DNA of 61,030 bases, the filler included, from Bacteriovoracaceae bacterium (lineage in GTDB: Bacteria > Bdellovibrionota > Bacteriovoracia > Bacteriovoracales > Bacteriovoracaceae): the NCBI GenBank assembly GCA_018649885.1. It is 5 parts of 5 records of this genome, joined end to end, with 100 filler letters (N's around TTAATTAATTAA, not from the genome) between each part and the next. Parts side by side here need not be neighbours in the genome. Positions count along the whole stretch, not along the records: positions 4,312 to 13,214 come from JABIHA010000078.1; positions 13,315 to 27,963 come from JABIHA010000050.1; 3 more parts are not named here. The stretch is one strand, 5' to 3'. The notes beneath the pieces were generated by a model that was given only the letters and a program-made list of their open reading frames with translations, made no database searches and had not been told where the DNA came from. Below are positions 9,675 to 19,602 of the stretch, piece after piece. Position 1 is the first letter of the stretch. Each line of letters starts with the position of its first letter. The translations under genes were made by a program, and so were the position numbers.

Positions 9675-10495
9675 ATGACTGATTTTCCGACTTGGGATAG
9701 CTTTGGAATATTTCAAAGATCAGTAAGAAATAAAGCAAGATACTTTAGGTCTTCTGAGAATGAAAAATTTCTTAAAACACTACAAGCAAAAGCAGAGAGC
9801 ATACGATAGAGAAAGGAACAAACCTTTGGAGGGCTCAACTGGGCCACGATTGGTGGAATGAAGGGATAAACGAAGACTGCGAAGTAGAGGCTCCATACAG
9901 AGCAGAAAGAATGAAGCCTTTGGAAAGAATTGCTTTAGAAGGAAGAACAAATCCTAAAGGTATCCCATATTTATATCTATCGAGTAAAAAAGAAACTGCA
10001 ATGTCTGAGGTTAGGCCTTGGATTGGAGGCTATATTTCTTTAGGATTATTTTCCACCACAAAGGAGCTACGTTTAATAGACTTATCTACCGGAGACAATA
10101 GACTTATGTTTCATTTTACAGAGCCTCCACCACAAAAACGGGAAGAAGCTGTTTGGAGTCAAGTTAATCGATCATTTTCTTACCCTGTATCTCCATCTGA
10201 TGACAAAGCAGATTATGTTGCAACACAAATTATCGCCGAATTATTTAAAAAAGAAGGATATGATGGTGTTATCTATAGGAGTAGTTTTGGAGGAAGTGGG
10301 TATAACTTAGCACTCTTTGACTTAATTTCTGCTCAACTATTGAATTGCCAACTCCATGAAGCAAAATCATTCTCAATAACATTTGAAGAATTTGGTAATC
10401 CCTATTTTATGAAAGAGGAAAATGGGGAACGCATGGCCATGAGAAATAAAATTGTTGATATTCGACCGATAGAAGAACCAGAAGAGAAAAGCTAA
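9675..10495 (+). pseudogene. RES domain protein, frameshifted
   Basis: GAGG RBS + ATG 9675 (MTDFPTWDSFGIFQRSVRNKARYF) stops near 9808. A second frame carries LWRAQ...GRTNPKGIPYLYLS...TAMSEVRPW...Y.ATQ.IAE..K..GYDG..YRSS. The shift is near gcagagagc ~9793-9800. Confidence 0.82.
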
Positions 10496-10704
10496 ATATT
10501 TCATTTGCTTGTGGTTAAATTATAGCCTTTTACTATCTCATTATTTTCTTTAATTTTAAGTATTTCTTCTAGTGCGATTTCCTTTTGATCACCTTCTACG
10601 ACTCTTTAAGTTTGATAAAAGGTTAATAGATTATTTTGAATCTGCTTAAAAAATATTTGCTTCATAATCTTTCACAAACCTCGCCAGAGCTTAGAATGAA
10701 AATT

Positions 10705-11037
10705 TTAAAGTTTACTTACAATAAACTGATTCATAGATACCCCTTGGAAATTTGCTTCAATAGCAATTCTTCTATGCTTTTCAGGTGGCATACGAACACG
10801 AAACTCGCCACTATATCTATGAAGACTAAATGCCTCTGGGATTATCTCATTTTCTTCTTTCATCCATTTAAGGGTTTCAAGTACCGCCATTTTAATTTCT
10901 TTAAAGGCCAGCTCTTGAGAGTCTCCATGAGCAGTTAGAGAGGGTAGCTCGGCACAACGGCCAATAAAAATATTATTCTCTTGGTCATACTCAATATTGT
11001 AGGAGTATTTATTTACAAGCTCGTTTAATTTTTTCAT
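10705..11037 (-). CDS. hicB: HicB-family antitoxin
   Basis: FIGRCAELPSL.AHGDS.E.A..EI, YSG.F.VR.PPE.HR.IAIEA...GVS.NQ (RHH); AGGAG RBS. Confidence 0.88.
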   Translation of the reverse strand: MKKLNELVNKYSYNIEYDQENNIFIGRCAELPSLTAHGDSQELAFKEIKMAVLETLKWMKEENEIIPEAFSLHRYSGEFRVRMPPEKHRRIAIEANFQGVSMNQFIVSKL

Positions 11038-11326
11038 TTGCTTTCTCCTTTCTTAGTCTCTTTCGATTTTTTTAAGGCCTCTTTTTCTTGGTTAATTTCT
11101 TTTAACTTTTTAAGGGCTTCTTTTACTTGTTTCACCTGATATTTTTTGCCATTTTTTTATCTTTTTGAATGTTCAACCAAGGCTGGCCTTTCCAAGGTGT
11201 TTTAAAGATATGATGGCTTCCTTCTGTTCTTGGCCCTTCAAAGAACTCCTTACATATCTTGAGAAGGTCTTTAAACTTAATATTTGTATCACTCTTGAGA
11301 GCTTCCAGTGCTTCTTCAGTACTCAT
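11034..11326 (-). pseudogene. hicA: HicA-family toxin, frameshifted
   Basis: KF.DL.KIC..FF..PR..GSHHIFKTPW.G.P..NIQ. Adding one A to the A6 run (11142-11147) restores MAKKYQVKQVKEAL... and a stop overlapping the hicB start (ATGA). Confidence 0.82.
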
Positions 11327-11565
11327 TTTACAATGGTATCATATATAGCACCATTGTTAATGTCGGCTTTTAATTTCAGATACTTAAATCTTTTCACATG
11401 TTTTTCAAGGCAAAATTCTGGGTAGATAGTTAAAAAAATGGGAGTGCCAATGTTCCATAATTCCATAACGGCACCTTTTTTCAGCTACTTACCTTGGTGT
11501 TAATTATACCCATTTAGATATAGTTAATACTTGAATGGAATGAATTAAAGGTTTATTATACTTAT

Positions 11566-12135
11566 ATGAATATACTTAAAAGGGCTCCGAGGGGTCATGA
11601 AAATCAATCAACTTCAAGTGCCTTATCCTCCATATTAAAGGAGGAGAGGAAGAGTGCAGGAATGACTCAAAAGGAGTTGGCAGCGAAGTTAGGCATCGGC
11701 TTGGCATCAGTAAGGAAAGTCGAACAAGGCAATGATGCTATTTCAATGTCCCTTGTGAATAAACTTCTTCATTATTTTGGCTTCCAGATGATGCCAGCAA
11801 AGTTGGTAAGCTCCCCAGTTAAAGAACTTAATGAAGTTATGGAATCAGAAGAAGTAAAAAAGCGTCTAAAAGCTTTGTATCCGATTTTTAGAACAAAATA
11901 TGGAATAAAGAAATTGGGATTGTTTGGGTCGCATGCTTATGGGGGACAGGATGCTGGGAGTGATATCGATATTCTGGTAGAAGCTGACAAGAGTCTCAGT
12001 TTTAAAGATCTAGGAAGTATGCAGGTCATTTTAGAGCATGTTTTTGAAGGAAAAAAAATTGACCTTATGGAGAGGAGAAATGCGAAGCCTGAATTTTGGC
12101 CTTCAATCAAGGAGGATTTGATTTATGTCCAATAA
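11566..12135 (+). CDS. XRE HTH fused to a minimal nucleotidyltransferase (MntA-like antitoxin)
   Basis: RKSAGMTQKELAAKLGIG...VRKVEQG HTH; YGIKKLGLFGS.A.G.....SDIDILVE MNT motif. Confidence 0.9.
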   Translation: MNILKRAPRGHENQSTSSALSSILKEERKSAGMTQKELAAKLGIGLASVRKVEQGNDAISMSLVNKLLHYFGFQMMPAKLVSSPVKELNEVMESEEVKKRLKALYPIFRTKYGIKKLGLFGSHAYGGQDAGSDIDILVEADKSLSFKDLGSMQVILEHVFEGKKIDLMERRNAKPEFWPSIKEDLIYVQ

Positions 12136-12513
12136 AAAAAGAAATTTAAATCAAGTGAGCCTTATTTAAAGGATATTATTTTATATGTGAGGAAAATAAA
12201 AAGTCATATATCTACAGTAGATAAAAAAGAAGACTTCACGGTAGATTCTGTTGCTTATGATGCGGTCTCTATGATGTTTCTACAGATCGGAGAAGCTGTT
12301 ACAAAGTTAGAAAATGCACCAGAGCAAATTGTAAGCAAATTTCCCGATTTAGTGTCTTGGCATGATCTTAAAGGTCTAAGAAACTTAATGGCCCATGATT
12401 ATGCTAAAGTCGATCCAGAGATGGTGTGGGAGTTTACGGGTAATGACATTGATAAAATTGAAGAGGGCGTACTTCAAATTCTTAAACAAAGATTCGGCGT
12501 AGTAAATGTTTAA
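12125..12513 (+). pseudogene. HEPN/DUF86 (HepT-like) RNase toxin, apparently frameshifted near the start
   Basis: IGEA and GLRNLMAHDY (R-x4-H) motifs. ATG 12125 with GGAGG RBS is out of frame with ...PYLKDIILYVRKI across an A7 run (12134-12140). The alternative GTG 12187 would lose the N-terminal YLxDI helix. Confidence 0.75.
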
Positions 12514-13090
12514 ATTCCTTATCACTGCATTTTTTATTTCTTTTACATCTTTGGTATTCGCTAAAGATATTAAATGTGAAAATTGGCAAATATATGTTAA
12601 GAAACATTTAGTAAAAGCTTATATTAAGAGTGATGGAACTAAAATAAAGAAATCTATTCGTAAGGCTCACTGTCGAGAGAGATGGAACAATGCTGATATT
12701 TGGGGGCCAACTTTTAAAAATCAAAGACCAGTATATTGGCCAAATAAGAACGAAATATTTAAAAAATGGACTAATCTTGAGAAAGAACTTGTTTTAAAAT
12801 TATTGTCTGAAATACCTTCAATTGAGCATTATAAATTAGACAAATTATTAAGAGCAGTAAAATCTAAGGATAAAAATAATCCGGCTTCAACTATTGAGGT
12901 TAAGCAAGATATCGTTCTCTATAATTTATTCTTTAAGGCAATTAACAAAAAAGAGATTTTGCTTCATGAGTTTGCCCATATTATTTTTTATAAATTAAGT
13001 GAGAAAGAAAAATATAAATTTGCTAAATTATCAGGTTGGAGAATAGTCAAAATAAAGGGACGATGGGCAGAAGTTGGTTTTTGCAGTTGA
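12506..13090 (+). pseudogene. Secreted putative zinc metallopeptidase (HEFAH), interrupted by an IS end at 13075
   Basis: Signal peptide and LLHEFAH; the last codons derive from the IS terminal sequence. Confidence 0.65.
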
Positions 13091-13214
13091 AAAGTCATCC
13101 ACTGTAACGGCCGAATTATCACCCACCCCGTGGTTAAATTAAATTCCTCTTTTCAATCATTTAGATTCTCTTCTTCTTAATTTTAAAGGAGCAGGGGGCA
13201 ATGCCCCTAGAACT
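13075..13214 (-). mobile_element. End of an IS21-like insertion sequence (copy 1)
   Basis: TG-initiated end TGGTTTTTGCAGTTGAAAAGTCATCCAC...GAATTATCACCCAC with internal repeated sites; exact reverse complement of 13315-13454. Confidence 0.72.
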
Positions 13215-13314
13215 NNNNNNNNNNNNNNNNNNNNNNNNNNNNNNNNNNNNNNNNNNNNTTAATTAATTAANNNNNNNNNNNNNNNNNNNNNNNNNNNNNN
13301 NNNNNNNNNNNNNN
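13215..13314. other. Artificial contig spacer
   Basis: N-TTAATTAATTAA-N. Confidence 0.98.
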
Positions 13315-13454
13315 AGTTCTAGGGGCATTGCCCCCTGCTCCTTTAAAATTAAGAAGAAGAGAATCTAAATGATTGAAAAGAGGAATTTAATTTAACCACG
13401 GGGTGGGTGATAATTCGGCCGTTACAGTGGATGACTTTTCAACTGCAAAAACCA
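13315..13454 (+). mobile_element. End of the same IS21-like insertion sequence (copy 2)
   Basis: 140 bp identical to the reverse complement of 13075-13214, ending in CA; different flanking gene. Confidence 0.72.
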
Positions 13455-15302
13455 AATCTTGGCTTCACGGGCAGATTTGATGGTAATAATATCTCCCGCA
13501 TTTAGATTTAGCAGAGGAAAAACTAAGGAGCAAGACGACTGCTTGATACCCTGTGATTTTGCCGTAAAGTGGGTGCTACACTCCGCACCCTCGACAGCAT
13601 TGCCGTTAACTTCAATAGAAATAGTATTATTGGCATTTTTGACGTTCGAGCTCATGTGATCGTTGTAGACGACGAGAAAATCTCCTCCAGTGTCCACAGT
13701 AATTTGATGATTATTAACGGCGACATCGTGGGAAAACTCACTGTCATCTTTTAGCTGGGAGCTGTCCCACTGAATTTCAGAGCCCAACACACTTGAGTTC
13801 CAATTGGTTGAGGCCACGGTTCTCGTTCCACTAAGGGAGATTAAATCAGTAGGAGAGGAAGTATCAATTTGTTCAATGAAGATATTCGCCAAATGTCCGC
13901 TGGGGACATCCACAGGGTCGTAATCTGTTCCCTCGGCGATAGATTTTACTCTTAACTCTTCACCATCGGCCACTCCCTGAGCGAGCCCACTATAGTGAAG
14001 ACTTGCCTGATCATTATCATTTTTGCATCGGATAAATCCCTGTGAGGCGTATCCCCCGCTAATCGTTGCTCCTTGTGCTTGAAGTTGAATCTGAGGTGCT
14101 CTTCTATCGCTTGCATCGATCATCCCATCGCAAATACCTGAAATAGAGGCATCGAGAGGAATGCCAATATAGGTTAAGTAATCCATAATCCCACTATTAT
14201 TCACGGTGATTTTCTCAGAGGAAGCCGAGTCACTGTGAATAAAGGCCGAATCTTCAATGGATTCGGTCCAACTGATATAGTCAGCGTTTTGCTGGTTAAA
14301 ACCTACTCCCCCGATTGTGTTATCGCCCGTGGCATAGAAAATCTCACGAGAGCTTTTAATATACTCGAGATAGAGAGTGGCCTGTGAGGTGGTGACGGTG
14401 CCGGCAGAGGCCTCTTTGCCGACAAAGACCTCAATGAAATCTCCCTTAGCAATATCGGGAAGAAGGAGAGTGAGATGCAAAGAGGATTCTTTGTGACCAT
14501 TTACAACTGCAGTATGGGCAGAGCCAGTAAAGCCGGTATCTAATGCAACCCCATTTTTGTAGACAACGGCACTGATTCCCCTTTCAGCGGCGTTTAAATC
14601 GCTCAGCAGAGTGGGAATCTCTAGGCTCAGAAAATAATCTCCTGGGTAGGTAAAGGCAAGTCTCTCTGGATTTGCATCAGCAGGATCGTGATTGAAGTGA
14701 CAGGCATCAACAATACTGCCCGACCATTTGAGGGCATAGGCCGTCGCCTGATTTAAGTTGGTTGGTGCCACAGGAGAGGTTGTCTCCGTACCCGTGAGAC
14801 GGGCCATGGGATGATCAGTGGGAATTTGCCAAGCGGGAGAGGCGACAACTGCCGAGGAATTACCGGCATGATCGATCGCCTTAATTAAAGTGTAATAATC
14901 AGTATTGGCCTGAAGCCTTCTCTCCACCGCTTGTGATGTCCACTGAGCAGAGGTGAAGTTGACCGCACCCTTAGTAAAACCAAACTCAGTAATGATATCA
15001 TCTTGGCTTGTCGAGGTACTGAGAGCGGCTTCATAGCGATTGATACCAAGGCCTTCGTCTGTGGATTCGTCCCAAGTAACGGTATCTGTCTGACGTAAGC
15101 AGGCATTAGCACTATTGGTAAGATTTGAGGGATCGGTGGGGGGAGTCGTATCGGTAATGGCAGGCGCAGGGGCAGCTGCTGGTTTGGTGGGCGCCGTTTT
15201 TCCGGTAGACTTATCACCACCGCAGGCAACGAAGAGAAAGGCCTGAGTGATAAAAATTAAAATATTGATTAAATTTAAAATTTTCAACTTATTCAATACC
15301 AT
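13422..15302 (-). pseudogene. Large surface lipoprotein (FN3-like plus repeated C1q/BclA-like beta domains), interrupted by IS
   Basis: Lipobox FVAC, Pro/Ala linker, DTTPP..P.NL and KAIDHAGN FN3-like cues, repeated F.H....IT....GD.L units; C-terminal WFLQLKSHPL is IS-derived. Confidence 0.7.
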
Positions 15303-15564
15303 CCCTTAATTGTTTTTATTCTACAGCTATTTGACTCCAAATTTTATTTCACTACTCTTAATTACCTCTTCGGAAAGTAATATCTATATACTTACTCTAG
15401 TGGCTTGTAAGAATGTGAAATTTCATTGATAAACTCCAAAAAGGAGGGCCGTGAAAGTGGTCAACATTGAATGCATTTTATTTACAGAAAGTTCAGAGGT
15501 GTACCAATTATAAAGAATGCACAAAATATTGGCATTTATTGAGGGTAAATTAAGATAATTGAAA

Positions 15565-15594
15565 TTAGGTACTATGAATAATCATAGTACCTAA
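15565..15594 (-). terminator. Terminator hairpin after tpx
   Basis: Perfect 13-bp inverted repeat ttaggtactatga/tcatagtacctaa. Confidence 0.75.
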
Positions 15595-15602
15595 CAGTAG
15601 AT

Positions 15603-16103
15603 TTATTTTAAAGCTTCAAGAGCTCTTTCATAATCGGGCTCATCAGCAATTTCACCAACAAGTTGAGTGTAGGCAATTTGGCCTTTTTCATCAATGACAA
15701 TAATCGCTCTAGCATAAAGACCTGCAAGAGCTCCGTCCTGGATTAAAACGCCGTAATCTTTTCCAAACTCATCACCTCGAAAACTTGAGGCAGTGGTAAC
15801 ATTATTGATTCCTTCAGCGCCACAAAAACGTGTTTGAGCAAAAGGCAAATCTTTAGAGACACAAACAACTTGAGCACCACCCAGGCCTGCTGCCATTTCG
15901 TTAAACTTACGAACCGAAGTGGCACATGTTGGTGTATCAACACTTGGAAACACGTTTAGCACAACTTTTTTACCGCTAAAATCTTCTAAAGTGAGATCAC
16001 TTAGATCATTTTTAACGAGTCTAAATGCGCCCGCTCTTTCTCCAACAGGAGGAAGCTCGCCGTAAACTTTTACTGGGTTTCCCTTTAATTTTACTGTAGA
16101 CAT
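15603..16103 (-). CDS. tpx: Thiol peroxidase
   Basis: FPSVDTPTCATSVRKFN, SKDLPFAQ.RFCGAEG, EPDY. Confidence 0.96.
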   Translation of the reverse strand: MSTVKLKGNPVKVYGELPPVGERAGAFRLVKNDLSDLTLEDFSGKKVVLNVFPSVDTPTCATSVRKFNEMAAGLGGAQVVCVSKDLPFAQTRFCGAEGINNVTTASSFRGDEFGKDYGVLIQDGALAGLYARAIIVIDEKGQIAYTQLVGEIADEPDYERALEALK

Positions 16104-16117
16104 AAATTCTTCCTTTT

Positions 16118-16546
16118 TTATAAGTTTGATAAAATATTTTCTTTGAGATCCTCTCTCATTTGAGCGATCTTTTGCTCTGAAAGTCCCAACTTACAAATCA
16201 TTTCATGAGGTATTTCTAGTGCATGGGTTTTTAAATTATTCCCTTTACTCGTAAGATTAATGCACACTTCCCTTTCATCAGCAGCCGTTCTTTTACGGGT
16301 AATGTACTCCATTATCTCAAGTCGTTTTAAAAGTGGGGTCAATGTCCCCGAGTCTAGATGGAGAAGCTCCCCTATTTCACTGACCCTTTGAGAGTCTTTT
16401 TCCCACAACACAAGCATCACAAGATACTGAGGATAAGTAAGGTTCAGCTTATTAAGATGCACGCGATAGGCCCTAATAATGGCCCTCGATGAGGCATAAA
16501 GGGCAAAACACAACTGGTTATCTAGTTTAAGAAGATGATCATTCAT
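16118..16546 (-). CDS. ohrR: OhrR-like MarR regulator
   Basis: LDNQLCFALY, LTYPQYLVMLVLWE, LDSGTLTPLLKRLE. Confidence 0.9.
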   Translation of the reverse strand: MNDHLLKLDNQLCFALYASSRAIIRAYRVHLNKLNLTYPQYLVMLVLWEKDSQRVSEIGELLHLDSGTLTPLLKRLEIMEYITRKRTAADEREVCINLTSKGNNLKTHALEIPHEMICKLGLSEQKIAQMREDLKENILSNL

Positions 16547-16555
16547 GGGACAAAG

Positions 16556-16582
16556 ATAGCACACTATTAAATTGTGCACAAC
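16556..16582. promoter_or_regulatory. Putative OhrR operator
   Basis: AT-rich dyads gcacactattaaattgtgc and ttgtgcacaa just upstream of ohrR. Confidence 0.5.
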
Positions 16583-16633
16583 CTGCCTTGTAAGCTATAT
16601 TTTCAAGTAGTTGGTTAGCTACTTGCCTTCAAA

Positions 16634-17122
16634 TTATTTCATATTTTCCATTCTGAGCTCGATGTTTACATCGTCGTGGTTTCTGAGTAGTTGATAGACC
16701 GATTGGAGATCATCAATTTTTTTCCCAGTGACTCGAATTTTCTCATCCAGATAGGCAGAGCTTACTTTAAAACCAGATTTTTTGATGATTTTATTAATCT
16801 CTTTTCCCTTCTCTTTATCAATACCAGAATTCAAAACAATGGTTTGTTTGTGCATCTGATTGCCTGTGGGAGTTGGATCTTTGACCTCTAAAGACTTAAG
16901 ACCCAGCTTTCTTTTGACCATACAGCCGTAGAATATTTCAAGTGCCGCTTTAAGCTTCATCTCACTTTCGGCCTTAAGCTCTAGCTCTTTGTCATTTTTA
17001 AATTCGATGGTGCAGTTTGAGTCTTTAAAGTCATAGCGACCCTTAATTTGTTTTTGGGCCATGATTACAACGTTTTTAACTTCGCCCATATCAAGTGAAG
17101 ATACTAGATCAAATGAAGGCAT
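16634..17122 (-). CDS. yajQ: YajQ family c-di-GMP/nucleotide-binding protein
   Basis: MPSFDLVS, RYDFK, IRVTGKKIDDLQ. Confidence 0.93.
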   Translation of the reverse strand: MPSFDLVSSLDMGEVKNVVIMAQKQIKGRYDFKDSNCTIEFKNDKELELKAESEMKLKAALEIFYGCMVKRKLGLKSLEVKDPTPTGNQMHKQTIVLNSGIDKEKGKEINKIIKKSGFKVSSAYLDEKIRVTGKKIDDLQSVYQLLRNHDDVNIELRMENMK

Positions 17123-17240
17123 GCAGGTCTCCTTTTTCAATTTATAGCTGTGACAATAGCATGGGGGTTACAAAGAGAAAATCCAGGAATATACGAAGCA
17201 GTCTAGGAAGGTCTATGTAAGACCCTCACAATAGATGTCA

Positions 17241-17648
17241 CTACTTTAATTCAATAACTACTTTAGCTGCTGCTCCAGATAATCCAAATTCGTCTGCCTG
17301 TAAATCACCCACACCCTTAATACCGCCAAATAAGCTTACCACTGAATTTTCAGGGTCTCTTTTGAACATATTCCCGCACGGAGGTCCTGGGATATATTCA
17401 CAGGCCTCTGAATTGACCTCACTGCCCGCATCGTATTCAACACTGACATAATCATGTTTTCTTTTTGCAGGTGTGGGAAGCTTTACTGCTTCAACTAAAG
17501 CAATGGCGTCATTTGTAGTAGCAAGCATGGTGATAAATGTAAGGTGGTCAGCTCCTCCTAACTTGTAGCGTGGAAGCGATAGATTAAGCACACCGGCCGG
17601 ACCAATCATAGAATCCCCACTAATTATGTGAGTAACTCTTTTGTCTTT
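17241..17648 (-). pseudogene. Spondin_N-domain protein fragment, 5' truncated
   Basis: MLATTNDA, YDAGSEVNSE.C.YIPGPPC motifs; in-frame stop just upstream and no signal peptide. Confidence 0.7.
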
Positions 17649-17782
17649 TTAAACTTAGTAAACTGGCGATGAATTTATCACATCAGTATTCCAAAACTTT
17701 TTCTAATCGAAATAGTGATGAATTTGATCAGCATATTTTACAAGCGACACTGAACTACAACTTTTACTAAGGAGAAATACTA

Positions 17783-18046
17783 ATGAAAAATTTAATTCTA
17801 CTACTAACGCTGGTTTTCTATTTTAACGCTTTCGCCTCTGGATCTTATTCTTCTGGGGGGGAGAGTTCTAGTGGATCTTCTGAAGGTAGCTCAGAGCTCG
17901 CGGATGAATTAATGGAAGAGCAAATGGAAGAGCAGATGGAAGAGTTAAAAGAGCAGGCCCAAGATGAGGCCACCCAGCAAGCAAGACTATCGGCCTCAAA
18001 GGGAGAAGCTGTAAATTGTGAGGGCACGAACTACATAGAACAGTAA
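17783..18046 (+). CDS. Small secreted Ser/Glu-rich hypothetical protein (possibly truncated)
   Basis: AAGGAG RBS, signal peptide ending AFA. Confidence 0.7.
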   Translation: MKNLILLLTLVFYFNAFASGSYSSGGESSSGSSEGSSELADELMEEQMEEQMEELKEQAQDEATQQARLSASKGEAVNCEGTNYIEQ

Positions 18047-18586
18047 TTTAAGTTTCGCCAAAAGAGTGATCCATATCAGAAATAAATTTTATTGCATTAA
18101 AACTGGAACACAATATGAACATTTTCTTTGGCCAACATCCTCTTACTTTTGTTCTAATCTCCTTGTCAGAAGCACTATCAATGTTCCACTAGCAAAAATG
18201 TTATCTTCTGTCACTCCTTGAGAATTCCATTAAAACATGTTCAAATCTTAACAATAAAAAATTAGACACTTTCTAGGGACAGAATATGAAACTTATTTTT
18301 GCCTGCAATATTCTCATAGTTGCTTTCTATTGCTACGAAACTTGGATGAAAATGTAGTTTAGAAACGATCAACTGAGACTAACATTTCGACTGTCACGCT
18401 TACACACACATCATCACTACCACTAAGTCCCCGAGTAGAAATCTATTATAAACAAATTTTATTGTACTTTCTATAAACGATCGCGCCTAAGTCTTTGTAA
18501 TTTAAGGCGGATAAAGTTTCCTCTTTCATGAAATCCATAAATCTAAGACACTGAGTAATAACTCAAAAGCTACTTTGGGAGGGGCA

Positions 18587-19036
18587 ATGAGAAAGCTAGT
18601 ACTATCAATTTTTATCCTTAATATACTCACTCTTTCAATTACACAATCTGCCGAGAGGCCAAAATGTGGACTTGGAGCAAGGCAAGATCTTGATGCGCTA
18701 GAAATAAATCCCCTTAAACCCAAACAAGTATATTTTGCTATAAAAGATATACTCAAAAAGGCCCACGATTGCAGAGTAACTTTTCTCGAGGCAAATAATT
18801 ACCGAGTGGGCAGTAAACTCATAAGATGTAAAAACCCAAAAATAAAATCTAAGAAATTTCACCAGGCATTTGTCTCAAAAATCGATTCAGCATGTGGGGA
18901 GACAAGTGATGAAGCAAGGTGCAAGAGAAGTTTTAAAAAGGTCTTTAAAAAAATTGAGCGCGTCCGCTACTCAAGAGCAAAGAAGAGATTCGACAGTTGT
19001 AAGAGTCATCAAGATTCAAGGGAGCAAGATAGCTAG
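18587..19036 (+). CDS. Secreted basic Cys-containing hypothetical protein
   Basis: GGAGG RBS, signal peptide, 6 Cys. Confidence 0.72.
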   Translation: MRKLVLSIFILNILTLSITQSAERPKCGLGARQDLDALEINPLKPKQVYFAIKDILKKAHDCRVTFLEANNYRVGSKLIRCKNPKIKSKKFHQAFVSKIDSACGETSDEARCKRSFKKVFKKIERVRYSRAKKRFDSCKSHQDSREQDS

Positions 19037-19602
19037 GGTGCCAAAAACTGACTGTCCCAACCAGTGTTTGTCTTTTTCATAACACGACGTTTGTGGAGTC
19101 TAAAAGGACTCGCTTCCCAAAATTCAAAATACTCAGGCTCCACTAGGTAGCCTCCCCAATTCTCAGGACACATAATTTTTGTCGCACTTGCCCGCATGAC
19201 TTCAAATTTTTTCACTAAATTTTGGTATAAATCGATGGACCTGCTTTGATCAGAGATGGCCCCACTGATTTGGCTCTCTAGAGGCCTTGTATTCCAGTAA
19301 TTTTCAACAAAATCGCGAGGGGCCTTGACTGCCCGGCCTTCAATTCTCACCTGGCACTTGGTATTGGTCCAATGAAATAGAAGTGCCACATTTGGATTTG
19401 CCTCAATTTCTTCACCTTTATGACTTTGATAATTTGTAAAAAAACTAAACTTACCTTCGAACAATCCCTTAAATAAAACCATACGACTGTGAGGTTTACC
19501 TTCCCCATCAACAGTAGATAGACACATTGTGCTTGCTACTTCTCGGTCTATTCCTACACTGGCGTGGTCGTAAAGTTGTTGAAAACGCTCATATGGATTC
19601 AC
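19033..19602 (-). CDS. pdxH: Pyridoxine/pyridoxamine 5'-phosphate oxidase
   Basis: LSTV..G.P.SRMVL.K, FFTNY.S.KG, QVRIEG, RP.ESQI.., P.NWGGY...P..FEFW...RLH.R, L.P. Confidence 0.93.
   Translation of the reverse strand: MNPYERFQQLYDHASVGIDREVASTMCLSTVDGEGKPHSRMVLFKGLFEGKFSFFTNYQSHKGEEIEANPNVALLFHWTNTKCQVRIEGRAVKAPRDFVENYWNTRPLESQISGAISDQSRSIDLYQNLVKKFEVMRASATKIMCPENWGGYLVEPEYFEFWEASPFRLHKRRVMKKTNTGWDSQFLAP

Noticed and set aside
13075..13454. Apparent giant hairpin or inverted repeat around the gap
   Set aside because: Artefact of joining two contigs that both end in the same IS terminus across an artificial spacer
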